Counted from the first letter of the stretch, positions 1 to 9,689 are shown. The stretch is DNA of 32,000 bases from Psychrobacter sp. DM4 (GCF_051307035.1 NZ_CP195536.1:2670001-2702000); one strand, 5' to 3'. Numbers and translations: made by a program. The notes: generated by a model from the sequence alone, not told the origin.

Positions 1-1054
1 GACTATTTAAGCGACCTTTAGCTGGACGCGAGTTTTCAAGACCTGTAACGATATCATCAATACTGATATCTAAGGCATAAGCGCAAGCGGCGGCAGCTAG
101 AGCGTTTTTGACATTGTGCTCACCTGCCAGCGGTAGATTGATATCGCGTACGTGTGTGCCAACATGCAATTTAAACTCACTACGCTCAGGCTCGACATCG
201 AGATGGCTGGCGCTGACATCGGTATTACCAAAGCCGATGACATTGGTCGTATGCGTTTCAGCGATGCGCCGTAGCTGATTGGTAAAGTCATCTTTGTCCG
301 GCACAATAGCGAACTGAGTGTCGCTTAACGTATGATAAATCTCAGCTTTGGTCTGGCAAATGCCCTCGCGGCTACCAAACTCGCCCAAATGCGCAGTCCC
401 GATATTCAATATACAAGCCACATCGGGACGGACGATTTCGGTCGTGTAAGCAATCTCACCGATATGATTGGCACCCAGCTCCATAATGGCATAGCGGTGA
501 TGATCAGATAACTCAAGGAGCATCATCGGCACGCCCAGATCGTTATTTAAATTGCCGCGCGTGATTAGCGTTGGCGCCAGCCTGCCAAAGATACTACCGA
601 GCATCTCTTTACAAGTGGTCTTGCCACTAGAGCCTGTGATAGCTATCACCGTCAGATCAGTATGCTGCTGACGACGAAAAGCGGCTAATTGTCCTAGCGC
701 TAAGCGTGTATCAGTGACGACCAATTGCGGAATACTCGTTGAGGTCGGATGCGATACAATAGCCGCGATAGCACCTTTGCTGGCTGCTAGGTTGATATAA
801 TCATGACCATCAAAGTTGTCCCCACTTAGCGCCAAAAAGATATCACCCGTCTTAATCGTGCGAGTATCTGTAGCGATACGATTGCTCGTCACTTGACTGG
901 CTGTGGCTTGGACGCTTGAGCCTGAATGATCGGATACGCTTGCATCCTGTAGCTGCCAATGGCCATCGAGTGCTGTAGTCGCGGCAAGTAGATTGTCCGC
1001 TTGCCAGACGTAGAGTCCTTGCGACTGAAGGGTGTTATCGTTGTCCGCTGTCAT
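1..1054 (-). CDS. murF: UDP-N-acetylmuramoyl-tripeptide--D-alanyl-D-alanine ligase MurF, N-terminal ~351 codons; the 3' end lies beyond the window
   Basis: Absent from the ORF track because no stop codon lies inside the window. Hand translation from the ATG at 1054 gives MTADNDNTLQSQGLYVWQADNLLAATTALDG. The Mur-ligase P-loop DLTVIAITGSSGKTTCKEM lies near 605-660. The gene sits directly downstream of murE, as in dcw clusters. Confidence 0.85.
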   Translation of the reverse strand, partial: MTADNDNTLQSQGLYVWQADNLLAATTALDGHWQLQDASVSDHSGSSVQATASQVTSNRIATDTRTIKTGDIFLALSGDNFDGHDYINLAASKGAIAAIVSHPTSTSIPQLVVTDTRLALGQLAAFRRQQHTDLTVIAITGSSGKTTCKEMLGSIFGRLAPTLITRGNLNNDLGVPMMLLELSDHHRYAIMELGANHIGEIAYTTEIVRPDVACILNIGTAHLGEFGSREGICQTKAEIYHTLSDTQFAIVPDKDDFTNQLRRIAETHTTNVIGFGNTDVSASHLDVEPERSEFKLHVGTHVRDINLPLAGEHNVKNALAAAACAYALDISIDDIVTGLENSRPAKGRLNS

Positions 1055-1158
1055 AGGAGTTACCTTATAAAATGGCGACTATTTTAATATAAACTGTCTT
1101 AAAAATTTTGTGGTCATTAGGCTAAAGGTTAAGTACATAAATACTAGGTATGCACCTA

Positions 1159-2817
1159 TCAGGCGCGACCGGATTCATTAAGCGCTTGCGCTAAGACCAC
1201 ACTGTCATCAAAGTCATGACGTACATGATTGATCTCTTGATACGTTTCATGGCCTTTACCTGCGATCACTACAATGTCATTGGGCTTGGCATGAGTCACC
1301 GCATAGTCAATCGCTTGCTGACGCACAGGTTCAATATGCGTGCGCTGATATTGCGCCTCTGTCATGCCCGTCTGCATGTCTTGCAATATTACATTGGGGT
1401 CTTCGGTGCGCGGATTATCTGCGGTCAATACCACCCTATCCGCCCCTGATAATCCAGCTTGCGCCATCAAAGGACGCTTACCAGCATCACGATCACCGCC
1501 GCAGCCAAATACCGCCCATAACTGCCCGTCGCAATGCGTTCTTAGACTACTGAGCACTTGACTCAAAGCATCGGGGGTGTGCGCATAATCAACGATGAAG
1601 CAACCCGCAGTCGATGGCACGCGTTGCATACGTCCGATAGCGCCTTGTAGTTCAGGCACAGCGCTCGCAATACGATGGATATCTACACCCAAAGCGACAA
1701 CGGCAGCAATAGCGGCGAGTAAATTGGCGACATTAAAAAGTCCTAGTAAGGGGCTGACAATATTAATATCCCCAAACTCGCTATGCAAGGCGATCTCGAC
1801 ACCGTCAAGGCTAGGCTCAATGCGAGTTGCCATAAAAGTTGCTGACTTTTCAGGCTGCAAGCTATACGTCCATACAATAAGATCACTCGCTTTCGCTGTA
1901 TCTATCATAATTTGCGCATGCTCATCATCGCTGTTGATAATGGCATGAGTCAGCGCTGGAAAGTGTACTTTGTCAAACAATCTTGCTTTTGCCTGCGCAT
2001 ACTCGCTCATATCAGCATGATAATCTAGATGATCGCGAGAGAGATTGGTATAGATAGCAACGCTCACAGGCATTCCTTGCAAACGCTGTTGATCGAGTCC
2101 ATGTGAGCTGGCCTCAAGCGCGAGCAGGTCCGCTTGCTCTTGACCCATTTGATACAAAAACTGCTGTACCGCCAAAGCATCTCCTGTGGTATGACTGGCT
2201 TGCACCAATGCGCCCAAGCGTCCATTGCCTGCGGTACCCATCACAGCGCTACTCATCCCGACTATTTGAGTCAGTTGAGCGACCAACTGGCTAATTGTGG
2301 TCTTACCATTAGTACCCGTTACCGCAACTACTGTCGGTAAAGTGATAGGCTGCTGATACTGCAAGCGGCTTTGAATTAAATCACCCAAAAAATCACGGAT
2401 GTTAGGGATATAAAGGATAGGACAAGGCAAAGCGGATAAAGATAGTGATGACGCGAGCGTATCTTGACCATCATTGAGTTGGATACGGCTATGCGGCGGA
2501 ACATTAGCTTTGGTGAATAAAGCTTGAGGGTCAATCTCGGATAATATAAAGGCTGCATCTTGTGCGGCTTGCTCGGTATAGTAACGGCTGTTTTGGCAAT
2601 TTGGCGTCTGGCTTTTTAGGAGTACAAACACATCTTTTGCTACCATTTGACGACTATCTAATCGAAATTGATTAAAGGGTATAGTAGCGACTGATATCTC
2701 TACTAGCATGTCTACTATGTACTTGCGGAGCGGTATACCCTTATCGTCGCTGTTATTTGTGCTGTCCATCAACTGCTGCAAAGTAACTAGGCTATGATTT
2801 GACTCAGTCATGGACAA
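1159..2817 (-). CDS. murE: UDP-N-acetylmuramoyl-L-alanyl-D-glutamate--2,6-diaminopimelate ligase MurE
   Basis: 552-aa ORF with the Mur-ligase P-loop VTGTNGKTT and the meso-DAP-type DNPR motif (TADNPRTEDP). It sits between ftsI and murF. Confidence 0.93.
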   Translation of the reverse strand: MSMTESNHSLVTLQQLMDSTNNSDDKGIPLRKYIVDMLVEISVATIPFNQFRLDSRQMVAKDVFVLLKSQTPNCQNSRYYTEQAAQDAAFILSEIDPQALFTKANVPPHSRIQLNDGQDTLASSLSLSALPCPILYIPNIRDFLGDLIQSRLQYQQPITLPTVVAVTGTNGKTTISQLVAQLTQIVGMSSAVMGTAGNGRLGALVQASHTTGDALAVQQFLYQMGQEQADLLALEASSHGLDQQRLQGMPVSVAIYTNLSRDHLDYHADMSEYAQAKARLFDKVHFPALTHAIINSDDEHAQIMIDTAKASDLIVWTYSLQPEKSATFMATRIEPSLDGVEIALHSEFGDINIVSPLLGLFNVANLLAAIAAVVALGVDIHRIASAVPELQGAIGRMQRVPSTAGCFIVDYAHTPDALSQVLSSLRTHCDGQLWAVFGCGGDRDAGKRPLMAQAGLSGADRVVLTADNPRTEDPNVILQDMQTGMTEAQYQRTHIEPVRQQAIDYAVTHAKPNDIVVIAGKGHETYQEINHVRHDFDDSVVLAQALNESGRA

Positions 2818-2880
2818 CTCCTAAAAGGGAAAATTAGAGACAATGTAAAGATCTACAGGTGTTGCTCTATTTTAAATTTT

Positions 2881-4941
2881 TTATGGTTCTGTAGTCTGCA
2901 AGGGCTTGTCTAATGGTACGTTATACAGACGTAGCGCCTCTTTCATCACATTGTGAAAGACAGGCGCGACGGTCAAGCCTGCATAGATCTGACCACGCGG
3001 ATCTTCAACCAACATGACACCAACTAGCCTTGGATTAGATGCTGGTGCCATACCTGCAAAGACGTTACGGTACTGATCCGTATAGTAGCCGCCATCAGGA
3101 TTGATTCGGCGTGAGGTTCCTGTTTTGCCAGCGACGCGGTAGCCATCGATCGCCGCAGCTTTTGCGGTACCACCAGGTTCAGTCACCGCCTCTAACATCT
3201 CAACAATCGCCATCGCTTGCTCATGTTCCATAATGCGTTTGCTGGGCAGTGGTTTATCACTCTTAGTCAAAGTCAGCGGATGCATGACGCCGCCTGCGGC
3301 TAGTGCAGAGTAGGCCTGCGCCACTTGCGCAAGCGTCACCTGTAGACCATAACCATAACTGACCGTTGCTCGTCTTGCGGTTTCTTTTTCTTTTGGCGTA
3401 ACAACCAGACCACTGCCCTCACCAGGAAATTGTAAGGGCGTTTTTGCACCAAAACCAAACTGCCTTTGCATATTGGTAATAGCATCTGGCGGCAGTGACA
3501 GCGCAATCTTGGTAGAGGCAACGTTACTCGATTTCTGTAATAGCGTTGCCATGTTGATCATGCCCAAATTATTATGATCGCGAATAGTATAACCACGCAC
3601 ACGGATAGAGCCAGGATTGGTATCAATCAAAGAGTTGGCAGTGTATTTGCCAGAATCAAGAGCCGCTGCGACTGTGAACGGTTTCATAACAGAACCTGGC
3701 TCAAAAACATCAAGCACGGCGCGATTACGTTGGTTTTCACCTGTCATCTCGTTGAGATCGTTGGAGTTAAAGGACGGCCATGTCGAGAGCGCCAGTACCT
3801 CGCCTGTCTGCACATCAACGATCATCCCTGTCGACCAGCGCGCTTGTTGTAAACGCCCCGCTTTTTCAAGCTCCTTGTAGAGCAAATACTGTAAGCGCGA
3901 ATCTATCGTCAGCGCCACATCTTTGCCTGCGATTTCAGGTTCGAGCTGCTTGATCTCTTTTAGACTGTTTTGTTTGGCATCTTTTAGAACCAATACTTTG
4001 CCATCATCACCAGCGAGCGCGGTCTCATACTGACGCTCGATACCCGCACGTCCCTCATAACCGCCCTCAGGGTCATCAGAGTTTTGACCCATGAATCCAA
4101 GCAGCTGAGAGTTCGGCTGCGGCTGCGGGTAATAACGCTGAAAGAAGTTCTTTTCGTATACAGCGGTAAAGTCTAGTGCGCTGACACTTTGCGCAATCTC
4201 AGGCGTCACCTTATTGAGTAGCGGTAGATAATGTGACCCTGCACCAGAAGGTAGCGCCGCTTTTACCGCGTCAGGGTCAGTGACGTCAACACTATCGTCG
4301 ATAGCTGTCACTTTTTGCAATTCAGTGACCGGGATATTGGCAGCAGCGGCTAAAATGGTCAAATCCATGTCTTTAAGACGCTGCTCCATCCGCGCTCGTA
4401 ATTGCGGACTACTTGGATTAGTCAAGATAATGCGTTTGATCTCATAGTATTCACGCGCATAATCGTGCGGACTAAAGGAGACAGTCGCAAGAGGCGCACT
4501 AACCGCAAGAGGCAGATTATTGCGATCGGTAATCATACCCCGATAAGACTTTTGTGTGCGAGTGCTGGTGATGAGCTCATTACCTTTATCTTGGTAGAAC
4601 TGAGCATTGATGACTTGCACATAGTAGGCACGTGCTATCAGCAGTATCAAGACAACAAAAGCAATACCCCAAATCAGGCGAAAACGGTCTTTATCATCCT
4701 CAAATCCACCGCGAGTAGAAGCCCCTGAGGCTTTATTAAAGGCGATCTTTTTGCGGTTTTTGACACTGGTATAAGCGCCTTCGCTCTCGTTCTTTTTTAG
4801 ACGACCGAATAATTTTGTTTTACGATTATTCGCCGCATTGCTTGATTTGGCAGTGCTGGCGCGGCGAAGGGGTTTGATGACTTTACCGCTGGCAGGTTTT
4901 TTGTTTTTGTTAGCTTTGGACTGAGGCTTTTTGGTGCTCAT
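2881..4941 (-). CDS. ftsI: Peptidoglycan D,D-transpeptidase FtsI (PBP3) with a long basic N-terminal extension
   Basis: 686-aa ORF with the class-B PBP motifs SVMK (SxxK), SSN (SxN) and KTGT (KTG). A single TM segment (FRLIWGIAFVVLILLIARAYYV) follows a ~90-aa Lys/Arg-rich leader. The start ATG overlaps the ftsL stop (ATGA). Confidence 0.93.
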   Translation of the reverse strand: MSTKKPQSKANKNKKPASGKVIKPLRRASTAKSSNAANNRKTKLFGRLKKNESEGAYTSVKNRKKIAFNKASGASTRGGFEDDKDRFRLIWGIAFVVLILLIARAYYVQVINAQFYQDKGNELITSTRTQKSYRGMITDRNNLPLAVSAPLATVSFSPHDYAREYYEIKRIILTNPSSPQLRARMEQRLKDMDLTILAAAANIPVTELQKVTAIDDSVDVTDPDAVKAALPSGAGSHYLPLLNKVTPEIAQSVSALDFTAVYEKNFFQRYYPQPQPNSQLLGFMGQNSDDPEGGYEGRAGIERQYETALAGDDGKVLVLKDAKQNSLKEIKQLEPEIAGKDVALTIDSRLQYLLYKELEKAGRLQQARWSTGMIVDVQTGEVLALSTWPSFNSNDLNEMTGENQRNRAVLDVFEPGSVMKPFTVAAALDSGKYTANSLIDTNPGSIRVRGYTIRDHNNLGMINMATLLQKSSNVASTKIALSLPPDAITNMQRQFGFGAKTPLQFPGEGSGLVVTPKEKETARRATVSYGYGLQVTLAQVAQAYSALAAGGVMHPLTLTKSDKPLPSKRIMEHEQAMAIVEMLEAVTEPGGTAKAAAIDGYRVAGKTGTSRRINPDGGYYTDQYRNVFAGMAPASNPRLVGVMLVEDPRGQIYAGLTVAPVFHNVMKEALRLYNVPLDKPLQTTEP

Positions 4942-5420
4942 AGCGCCGCCTCCGAGATATCAGTACGGGCTTGCGGCGCGTCCTCTGTTGCTGTATCGGT
5001 AGCTTCAGTCGCTAAAGACTCTTGCTCATTTGTCGCAGTACTCGGTAGCACGGCTGCCACACCTGGCTGAATGATAAGCTTGTCTTTAAGTGTGGGCGAG
5101 TACATACCCAGCTCTGAGACCGCGCGACTGGCAATTTGCGGGGTGGCGCTAAAGGTTTGCTGCTCAATCAATAGGCGCTGATGTTCAATTTGCAATTTGC
5201 GCTCTTGTTTTTTCATGTCTTGCAAGGTTTTGTAGTCCTGATGATATTGCTGCACGTTTTCAGCGGTTTTGATACCGCTCCAAATGATCGCGCCTGCTAG
5301 CAGTAATAGTATGACCACATAGATACTGACGACATTAAAGCGTTTGGCAAAGAGTTCACCGACATCCATATTGGCGGTAGAGGTAGGGTGCTGCTTGCTC
5401 GATTTGTCAGAAGGTGCCAT
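4938..5420 (-). CDS. ftsL: Cell division protein FtsL (160 aa from the internal ATG)
   Basis: Lies between rsmH and ftsI. Bitopic layout: one TM (VVSIYVVILLLLAGAIIWSGI) followed by a coiled-coil-like region (KKQERKLQIEHQRLLIEQQ). I prefer the ATG at 5420 (MAPSDKSSK...) because the 23 extra upstream codons of the track ORF (MFLFHISFYISF...) look non-coding. Confidence 0.75.
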   Translation of the reverse strand: MAPSDKSSKQHPTSTANMDVGELFAKRFNVVSIYVVILLLLAGAIIWSGIKTAENVQQYHQDYKTLQDMKKQERKLQIEHQRLLIEQQTFSATPQIASRAVSELGMYSPTLKDKLIIQPGVAAVLPSTATNEQESLATEATDTATEDAPQARTDISEAAL

Positions 5421-5606
5421 CACGCTCTCAAAGAATAGATACAAAATACAAGAAAAACTAATATAAAAACTGATATGAAACAAAAACAAGGCACAACTTA
5501 AAAGTGAAGCAGCTTAACAGAGAATGTTTACCGCTTTTTAACAGCTGCGTAGCCATTCATGCTATGCATCTGCTTCGCTGTTAGTCGTTATCCATGTTAA
5601 CAGCCG

Positions 5607-6662
5607 CTACTTTTCATTGTCGTGGTAGATTGTATCGGTACGAGTCGCCATCCGTAGCCACGCACTACGCGCACGCGGGTTTTGGCTAGTTTCATCTTTG
5701 CTTGGGCCTACGCGTTTAGGCTTACTAAAGTACCGCGGACGCTTAGGCGGCATTGGTAGCTTCTCATCTTCTGGATACTGACCCTTACTATGACGCTGCA
5801 AGAACTGCTTGATACGGCGATCCTCTAACGAGTGAAAGCTAATGACAGCGAGCTGTCCGCCTGCCTTTAGAATAGCAATACTCTGTGCCAAAAAGCTATC
5901 AACGTCACCGAGCTCATTATTGATAAAGATACGCATTGCCTGAAAGCTTTGGGTCGCAGGATGCTTGCCCCGCTGCCAGTTCGGATGGGCCACTTTAATC
6001 ACTTCTGCCAGCTCAAGCGTCGACTCATAACGATTCATTTGCTTGATGGCGCGAGCAATACGGCGACTATGACGCTCCTCACCAAACTCATAGAGCACAT
6101 TGGCAAGCGTCTCATCATCGACTTTTTCGAGCCACTGACCTACCGACTGCCCACGACTGGTGTCCATACGCATATCGACCACGCCATCACGCATAAAGCT
6201 AAAGCCGCGGCTACCGTCATCAATCTGCGGGGAGGAGATACCCAAATCAGCCATGAGTCCATCAACTTGGGTAATATTCAGCGCTGCCAAACTAGTGGTC
6301 AAAGTGGCAAAACTCTCATGAATGACATGCACGCGGCTGTCTTTTGCTGCAAGCTCTTGTGCCACAGTAATGGCGGTTGGGTCTTTGTCAAAAACGATGA
6401 GCTTGGCATCATCAGACAGCTGGCTTAGTAGCAGACGGCTGTGACCACCGCGCCCAAAGGTTGCATCCACATAGATGCCGCTCGCTTGCACGCTACTTGT
6501 CTTTGGCAAGGACTTGACGCCCAGTACCGCAGCGACAGCCTCTGGTAACAACACCGCATCATGAATGAAACTTAACTCGTCCGTATCTAGCGTCCGTACT
6601 GCGCTTGATAGAACAGGTGCGGTATCCGGAGTGGAGTCGGACTTAGAATCTAATAGGGACAC
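5607..6662 (-). CDS. rsmH: 16S rRNA (cytosine1402-N4)-methyltransferase RsmH (MraW)
   Basis: 351-aa ORF with the SAM-binding TFGRGGHS motif and the DLGISSPQID motif typical of RsmH. It is the first gene of the dcw cluster here. Confidence 0.92.
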   Translation of the reverse strand: MSLLDSKSDSTPDTAPVLSSAVRTLDTDELSFIHDAVLLPEAVAAVLGVKSLPKTSSVQASGIYVDATFGRGGHSRLLLSQLSDDAKLIVFDKDPTAITVAQELAAKDSRVHVIHESFATLTTSLAALNITQVDGLMADLGISSPQIDDGSRGFSFMRDGVVDMRMDTSRGQSVGQWLEKVDDETLANVLYEFGEERHSRRIARAIKQMNRYESTLELAEVIKVAHPNWQRGKHPATQSFQAMRIFINNELGDVDSFLAQSIAILKAGGQLAVISFHSLEDRRIKQFLQRHSKGQYPEDEKLPMPPKRPRYFSKPKRVGPSKDETSQNPRARSAWLRMATRTDTIYHDNEK

Positions 6663-6930
6663 AAATCACTCAGTAAATGACGACCTACGCGCTTAGTAAT
6701 AAAACAAACGCGGTCAGTAGTAGTAAAAAAAAGATAAAAATAAGCAAGTTATCATACCGCTTGCGTTATTATCGCAAGGATACACGGTGAGTCAAGCGCT
6801 AGAGCGGCTTTTCATTAAAAATATCGAAACGCTCTGCTATACTAGCGCTATATTTTACGCTATTTCTAGAGTTGATGGCCTACTCTTTAATTGCCTATTT
6901 TTTAATCAACAATAATACCCTGAGACCCTT

Positions 6931-8469
6931 ATGACCCAAACTACCAGTCCCGCTAGATCCAATCGCCCTGTCCGTACTCGTATTGCGCCCTCACCTACTG
7001 GATTTCCCCATGTCGGTACCGCTTATATTGCGCTATTTAACTTAGCCTTTGCCAAAGCTCATGGCGGTGAGTTTATCCTGCGTATCGAAGATACCGATCA
7101 GGCGCGCTCAACTGAATCCTCTGAGCAGATGATTTTGGATGCGCTACGTTGGGTTGGACTTGATTGGAGCGAGGGCCCTGATGTTGGCGGGCCACATGCA
7201 CCCTATCGTCAAAGCGAGCGCGCTGATATCTACAAAGAACACGCGCAAATACTACTAGATTTGGATCATGCCTTCCGCTGCTTTTGCACCGCTGAGGAGC
7301 TTGATGCGATGCGTTCAGCACAAATGGCCAATGGCGAATCGCCTCGTTACGATGGTCGCTATGCTAATTTGACGCGCGCAGAATCGGACCAGATGGCAAG
7401 CGATGGCAAGCCGTTTGTGATTCGTATGCGTGTGCCCTCTGACGGCGTATGTCAAGTTGAAGATATGCTGCGCGGTACGGTTGAGATACCATGGGAGCAA
7501 GTGGATATGCAGGTTTTGCTCAAGACCGATGGTCTGCCAACGTACCATCTCGCCAACGTCGTCGATGATCATTTGATGGAGATCAGCCACGTTATGCGCG
7601 GTGAAGAATGGCTCAACTCTGCGCCCAAGCATCAATTATTATACGAGTACTTCGGCTGGGAGATGCCAGTGCTTTGTCACATGCCGCTACTGCGTAACCC
7701 TGACAAATCTAAACTCTCTAAACGCAAAAACCCCACCTCTATTACCTACTACCGCGACGCAGGCGTATTGCCCGAAGCGCTACTTAACTATCTAGGCCGT
7801 ATGGGCTACTCAATGCCGAACGACGAAGAAAAATTCACCCTTGATGAGATGATCACCAGCTTCGATATACAGCGAGTGTCTTTGGGCGGACCTATCTTTG
7901 ATATCGAAAAGCTCAATTGGCTTAACAGTGAATGGCTACGCGCTCTCACGTCTGAGGAGCTAAAAAACAAAATACTCGACTGGGCGAATAATAGCGACAA
8001 GCTCACCGCCATGGCAGCCGCTATTCAGCCAAGAATTGAGCTACTTTCTGACGCGATCAACTGGGGCGGATTTTACTTTCAAAACTTGCCTGAGATTACC
8101 GCCAAAGATTTTACGCATAAAACGCTCACGGCTGAGCAGATCATGGAGATCCTACAACTGACCCTTTGGCAATTAGAGGCGTTGCCTAAATGGTCTGAAG
8201 ACAATATCTATGCTATCGTCAAAGGCATGTCAGCGGCGCTTGATATCAAGATGCGCGACTTTATTGCGCCGTTCTTTATCGCTATTGCAGGTAGCTCATC
8301 ATCCACGCCCGTTATGAACTCCATGTGGATCATCGGGGCGGATATGACAATGACTCGCTTGCGTCACGCTATTGACGTGCTTGGCGGTTTGGGTAAGAAA
8401 AAGCTGAAAAAGCTTGAGAAGACGGCAGCAGCGTTGCCGGATTTGCTCGCGCGTGAAGAGAATGGCTAA
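6931..8469 (+). CDS. gltX: Glutamate--tRNA ligase
   Basis: 512-aa ORF with a class-I aaRS HIGH-type motif ([11 protein letters not shown]), a KMSKS-type motif (KLSKR), and GlxRS core blocks such as LRIEDTD. Confidence 0.93.
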   Translation: MTQTTSPARSNRPVRTRIAPSPTGFPHVGTAYIALFNLAFAKAHGGEFILRIEDTDQARSTESSEQMILDALRWVGLDWSEGPDVGGPHAPYRQSERADIYKEHAQILLDLDHAFRCFCTAEELDAMRSAQMANGESPRYDGRYANLTRAESDQMASDGKPFVIRMRVPSDGVCQVEDMLRGTVEIPWEQVDMQVLLKTDGLPTYHLANVVDDHLMEISHVMRGEEWLNSAPKHQLLYEYFGWEMPVLCHMPLLRNPDKSKLSKRKNPTSITYYRDAGVLPEALLNYLGRMGYSMPNDEEKFTLDEMITSFDIQRVSLGGPIFDIEKLNWLNSEWLRALTSEELKNKILDWANNSDKLTAMAAAIQPRIELLSDAINWGGFYFQNLPEITAKDFTHKTLTAEQIMEILQLTLWQLEALPKWSEDNIYAIVKGMSAALDIKMRDFIAPFFIAIAGSSSSTPVMNSMWIIGADMTMTRLRHAIDVLGGLGKKKLKKLEKTAAALPDLLAREENG

Positions 8470-8638
8470 ACAGTGAAATCTATTGAATACTAAGTACTTA
8501 TAAATATAGAAGGCAGGTTTTATAAAAGTAGGACTTGCTATTTTTCAGTTTATTTTTCCAAAAGAAATATAAATTATTGTAATATACAACTTTAGTTTGA
8601 TATTAAAAATCTATTTGGAGACTGAAACCTTGAAATCT

Positions 8639-9139
8639 ATGAAAATATTTGCACCATTGTTTTTAGCTTGCTTTTTGATAACACAAAGTCATTCAACTCA
8701 AATAGAAAGCTATATGTCTTGGGATGAGCTTTTGAATGGTAGTGCATTAATTGAGTATAAGAGTGATTATGATGATGAAGTTAAGTATTTTGAAGCCGAA
8801 ATAAATCACTCTAGAACAGGAAATCAAAGAATCTACTTTTCTGACCACTCTTCCTTAGGAAATAGTACTTGCAGCTATGAAAGTAATATCCCTAAAAATA
8901 GTACTATTATATTCAATGGACAAGCTGTAAAAATGTTGCAGTGGTGCAAAAAGTATAATGATACAGGTAACTTCTATTTGAGTATGACTCCCGAAACAGA
9001 TCGTGGACATAGTTATGTTGTCAATCTTTTTAAAATAGCTACTTCGCCTATTGAGATTCAATTTAATAGTGAAAAAACATATTTTCCAGTAATGGGTTTT
9101 ACCAAAGCTTGGAATAGTGCTGGTGGAAATGCTATTTAG
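8639..9139 (+). CDS. Hypothetical secreted protein; orphan gene in an AT-rich islet
   Basis: Signal-peptide-like N-terminus MKIFAPLFLACFLITQSHS. No family recognised. The start is ambiguous: ATG 8639, or in-frame TTG 8630 lying 9 nt after GGAG at 8617-8620. The track start at 8597 is a TTG without a Shine-Dalgarno sequence. Confidence 0.55.
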   Translation: MKIFAPLFLACFLITQSHSTQIESYMSWDELLNGSALIEYKSDYDDEVKYFEAEINHSRTGNQRIYFSDHSSLGNSTCSYESNIPKNSTIIFNGQAVKMLQWCKKYNDTGNFYLSMTPETDRGHSYVVNLFKIATSPIEIQFNSEKTYFPVMGFTKAWNSAGGNAI

Positions 9140-9235
9140 CGTCTTACTAGAGTACATAGGGAAGTCGAATACAGTATGAACAGAGCATACTCTACAATCT
9201 TTAGTCGTATTTATCACGATTCCCAAAATTACCTA

Positions 9236-9264
9236 TTGACAACAACCTAGCTATTCCCTAAAAT
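9236..9264 (+). promoter_or_regulatory. Sigma70-type promoter of the tRNA-Ala/tRNA-Glu operon
   Basis: -35 TTGACA (9236-9241), exactly 17 nt of spacer, then -10 TAAAAT (9259-9264). An A/T-rich upstream stretch precedes it. tRNA-Ala starts at 9282. Confidence 0.7.
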
Positions 9265-9281
9265 ACGCTCACTCTTAGCGA

Positions 9282-9357
9282 GGGGCTATAGCTCAGTTGG
9301 TAGAGCACTTGCATGGCATGCAAGGGGTCAACGGTTCGACTCCGTTTAGCTCCACCA
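9282..9357 (+). tRNA. tRNA-Ala (anticodon GGC)
   Basis: A 76-nt cloverleaf folded by hand. Acceptor GGGGCTA/TAGCTCC, D arm GCTC-AGTTGGTA-GAGC, anticodon arm CTTGC-ATGGCAT-GCAAG, T arm AACGG-TTCGACT-CCGTT, and an encoded CCA. Confidence 0.9.
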
Positions 9358-9513
9358 TATTTTTATCGTTAGATTCTTTTATCTTAGATAAAACAGTTAA
9401 GAGGCAGTATCAGCACCTAGGCAAGACTTTTTATATTACTTATAACAAGTACTCTGATATTGTGATTGACCGTTGCTACGATGTTTAATAGCATCAAATG
9501 TAACACTCTATGC

Positions 9514-9589
9514 GTCCCCATCGTCTAGAGGCCTAGGACACCGCCCTTTCACGGCGGTAACGGGGGTTCGAATCCCCCTGGGGACGCCA
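9514..9589 (+). tRNA. tRNA-Glu (anticodon UUC)
   Basis: GTCCCCATCGTCTAGAGGCCTAGGACACCGCCCTTTCACGGCGGTAACGGGGGTTCGAATCCCCCTGGGGACGCCA. This is nearly colinear with the E. coli tRNA-Glu sequence as I recall it. Anticodon loop CTTTCAC; CCA is encoded. Confidence 0.9.
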
Positions 9590-9650
9590 CTATTTGGCGT
9601 CATTTGCTAGCCCTTTTGCCTAGCATGAGATAAGACTAGTAAGCGCGATA

Positions 9651-9689
9651 AAAAAGCCCAGTCATAATAAATGTGACTGGGCTTTTTTG
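9651..9689 (+). terminator. Rho-independent terminator after the tRNA operon
   Basis: AAAAAGCCCAGTCA-loop-TGACTGGGCTTTTTTG: a GC-containing stem of ~9-10 bp followed by a T-run. Confidence 0.85.

Noticed and set aside
5949-6428. Long ORFs antisense to or nested in real genes. Examples: 5949-6428 within rsmH, 1595-1948 and others within murE, 3574-3880 and 4402-4728 within ftsI, 7073-7635 within gltX, 19548-19859 within thrB, 20957-21223 and 21620-21997 near the amidotransferase, 23585-23917 within nusB, 29935-30285 opposite truC, and many within acnA and glmS.
   Set aside because: They overlap strongly supported conserved genes on the opposite strand or in another frame. They have odd composition (Arg/Ser/Cys/His-rich) and no recognisable motifs, so they are typical shadow ORFs.
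9466-9494. A second promoter for tRNA-Glu in the inter-tRNA spacer: TTGACC, a 17-nt spacer, then TAGCAT.
   Set aside because: The -35 is good but the -10 is weak, and alternative spacings give no better hexamer. The tRNAs are more simply explained as one operon driven by the strong promoter at 9236-9264.
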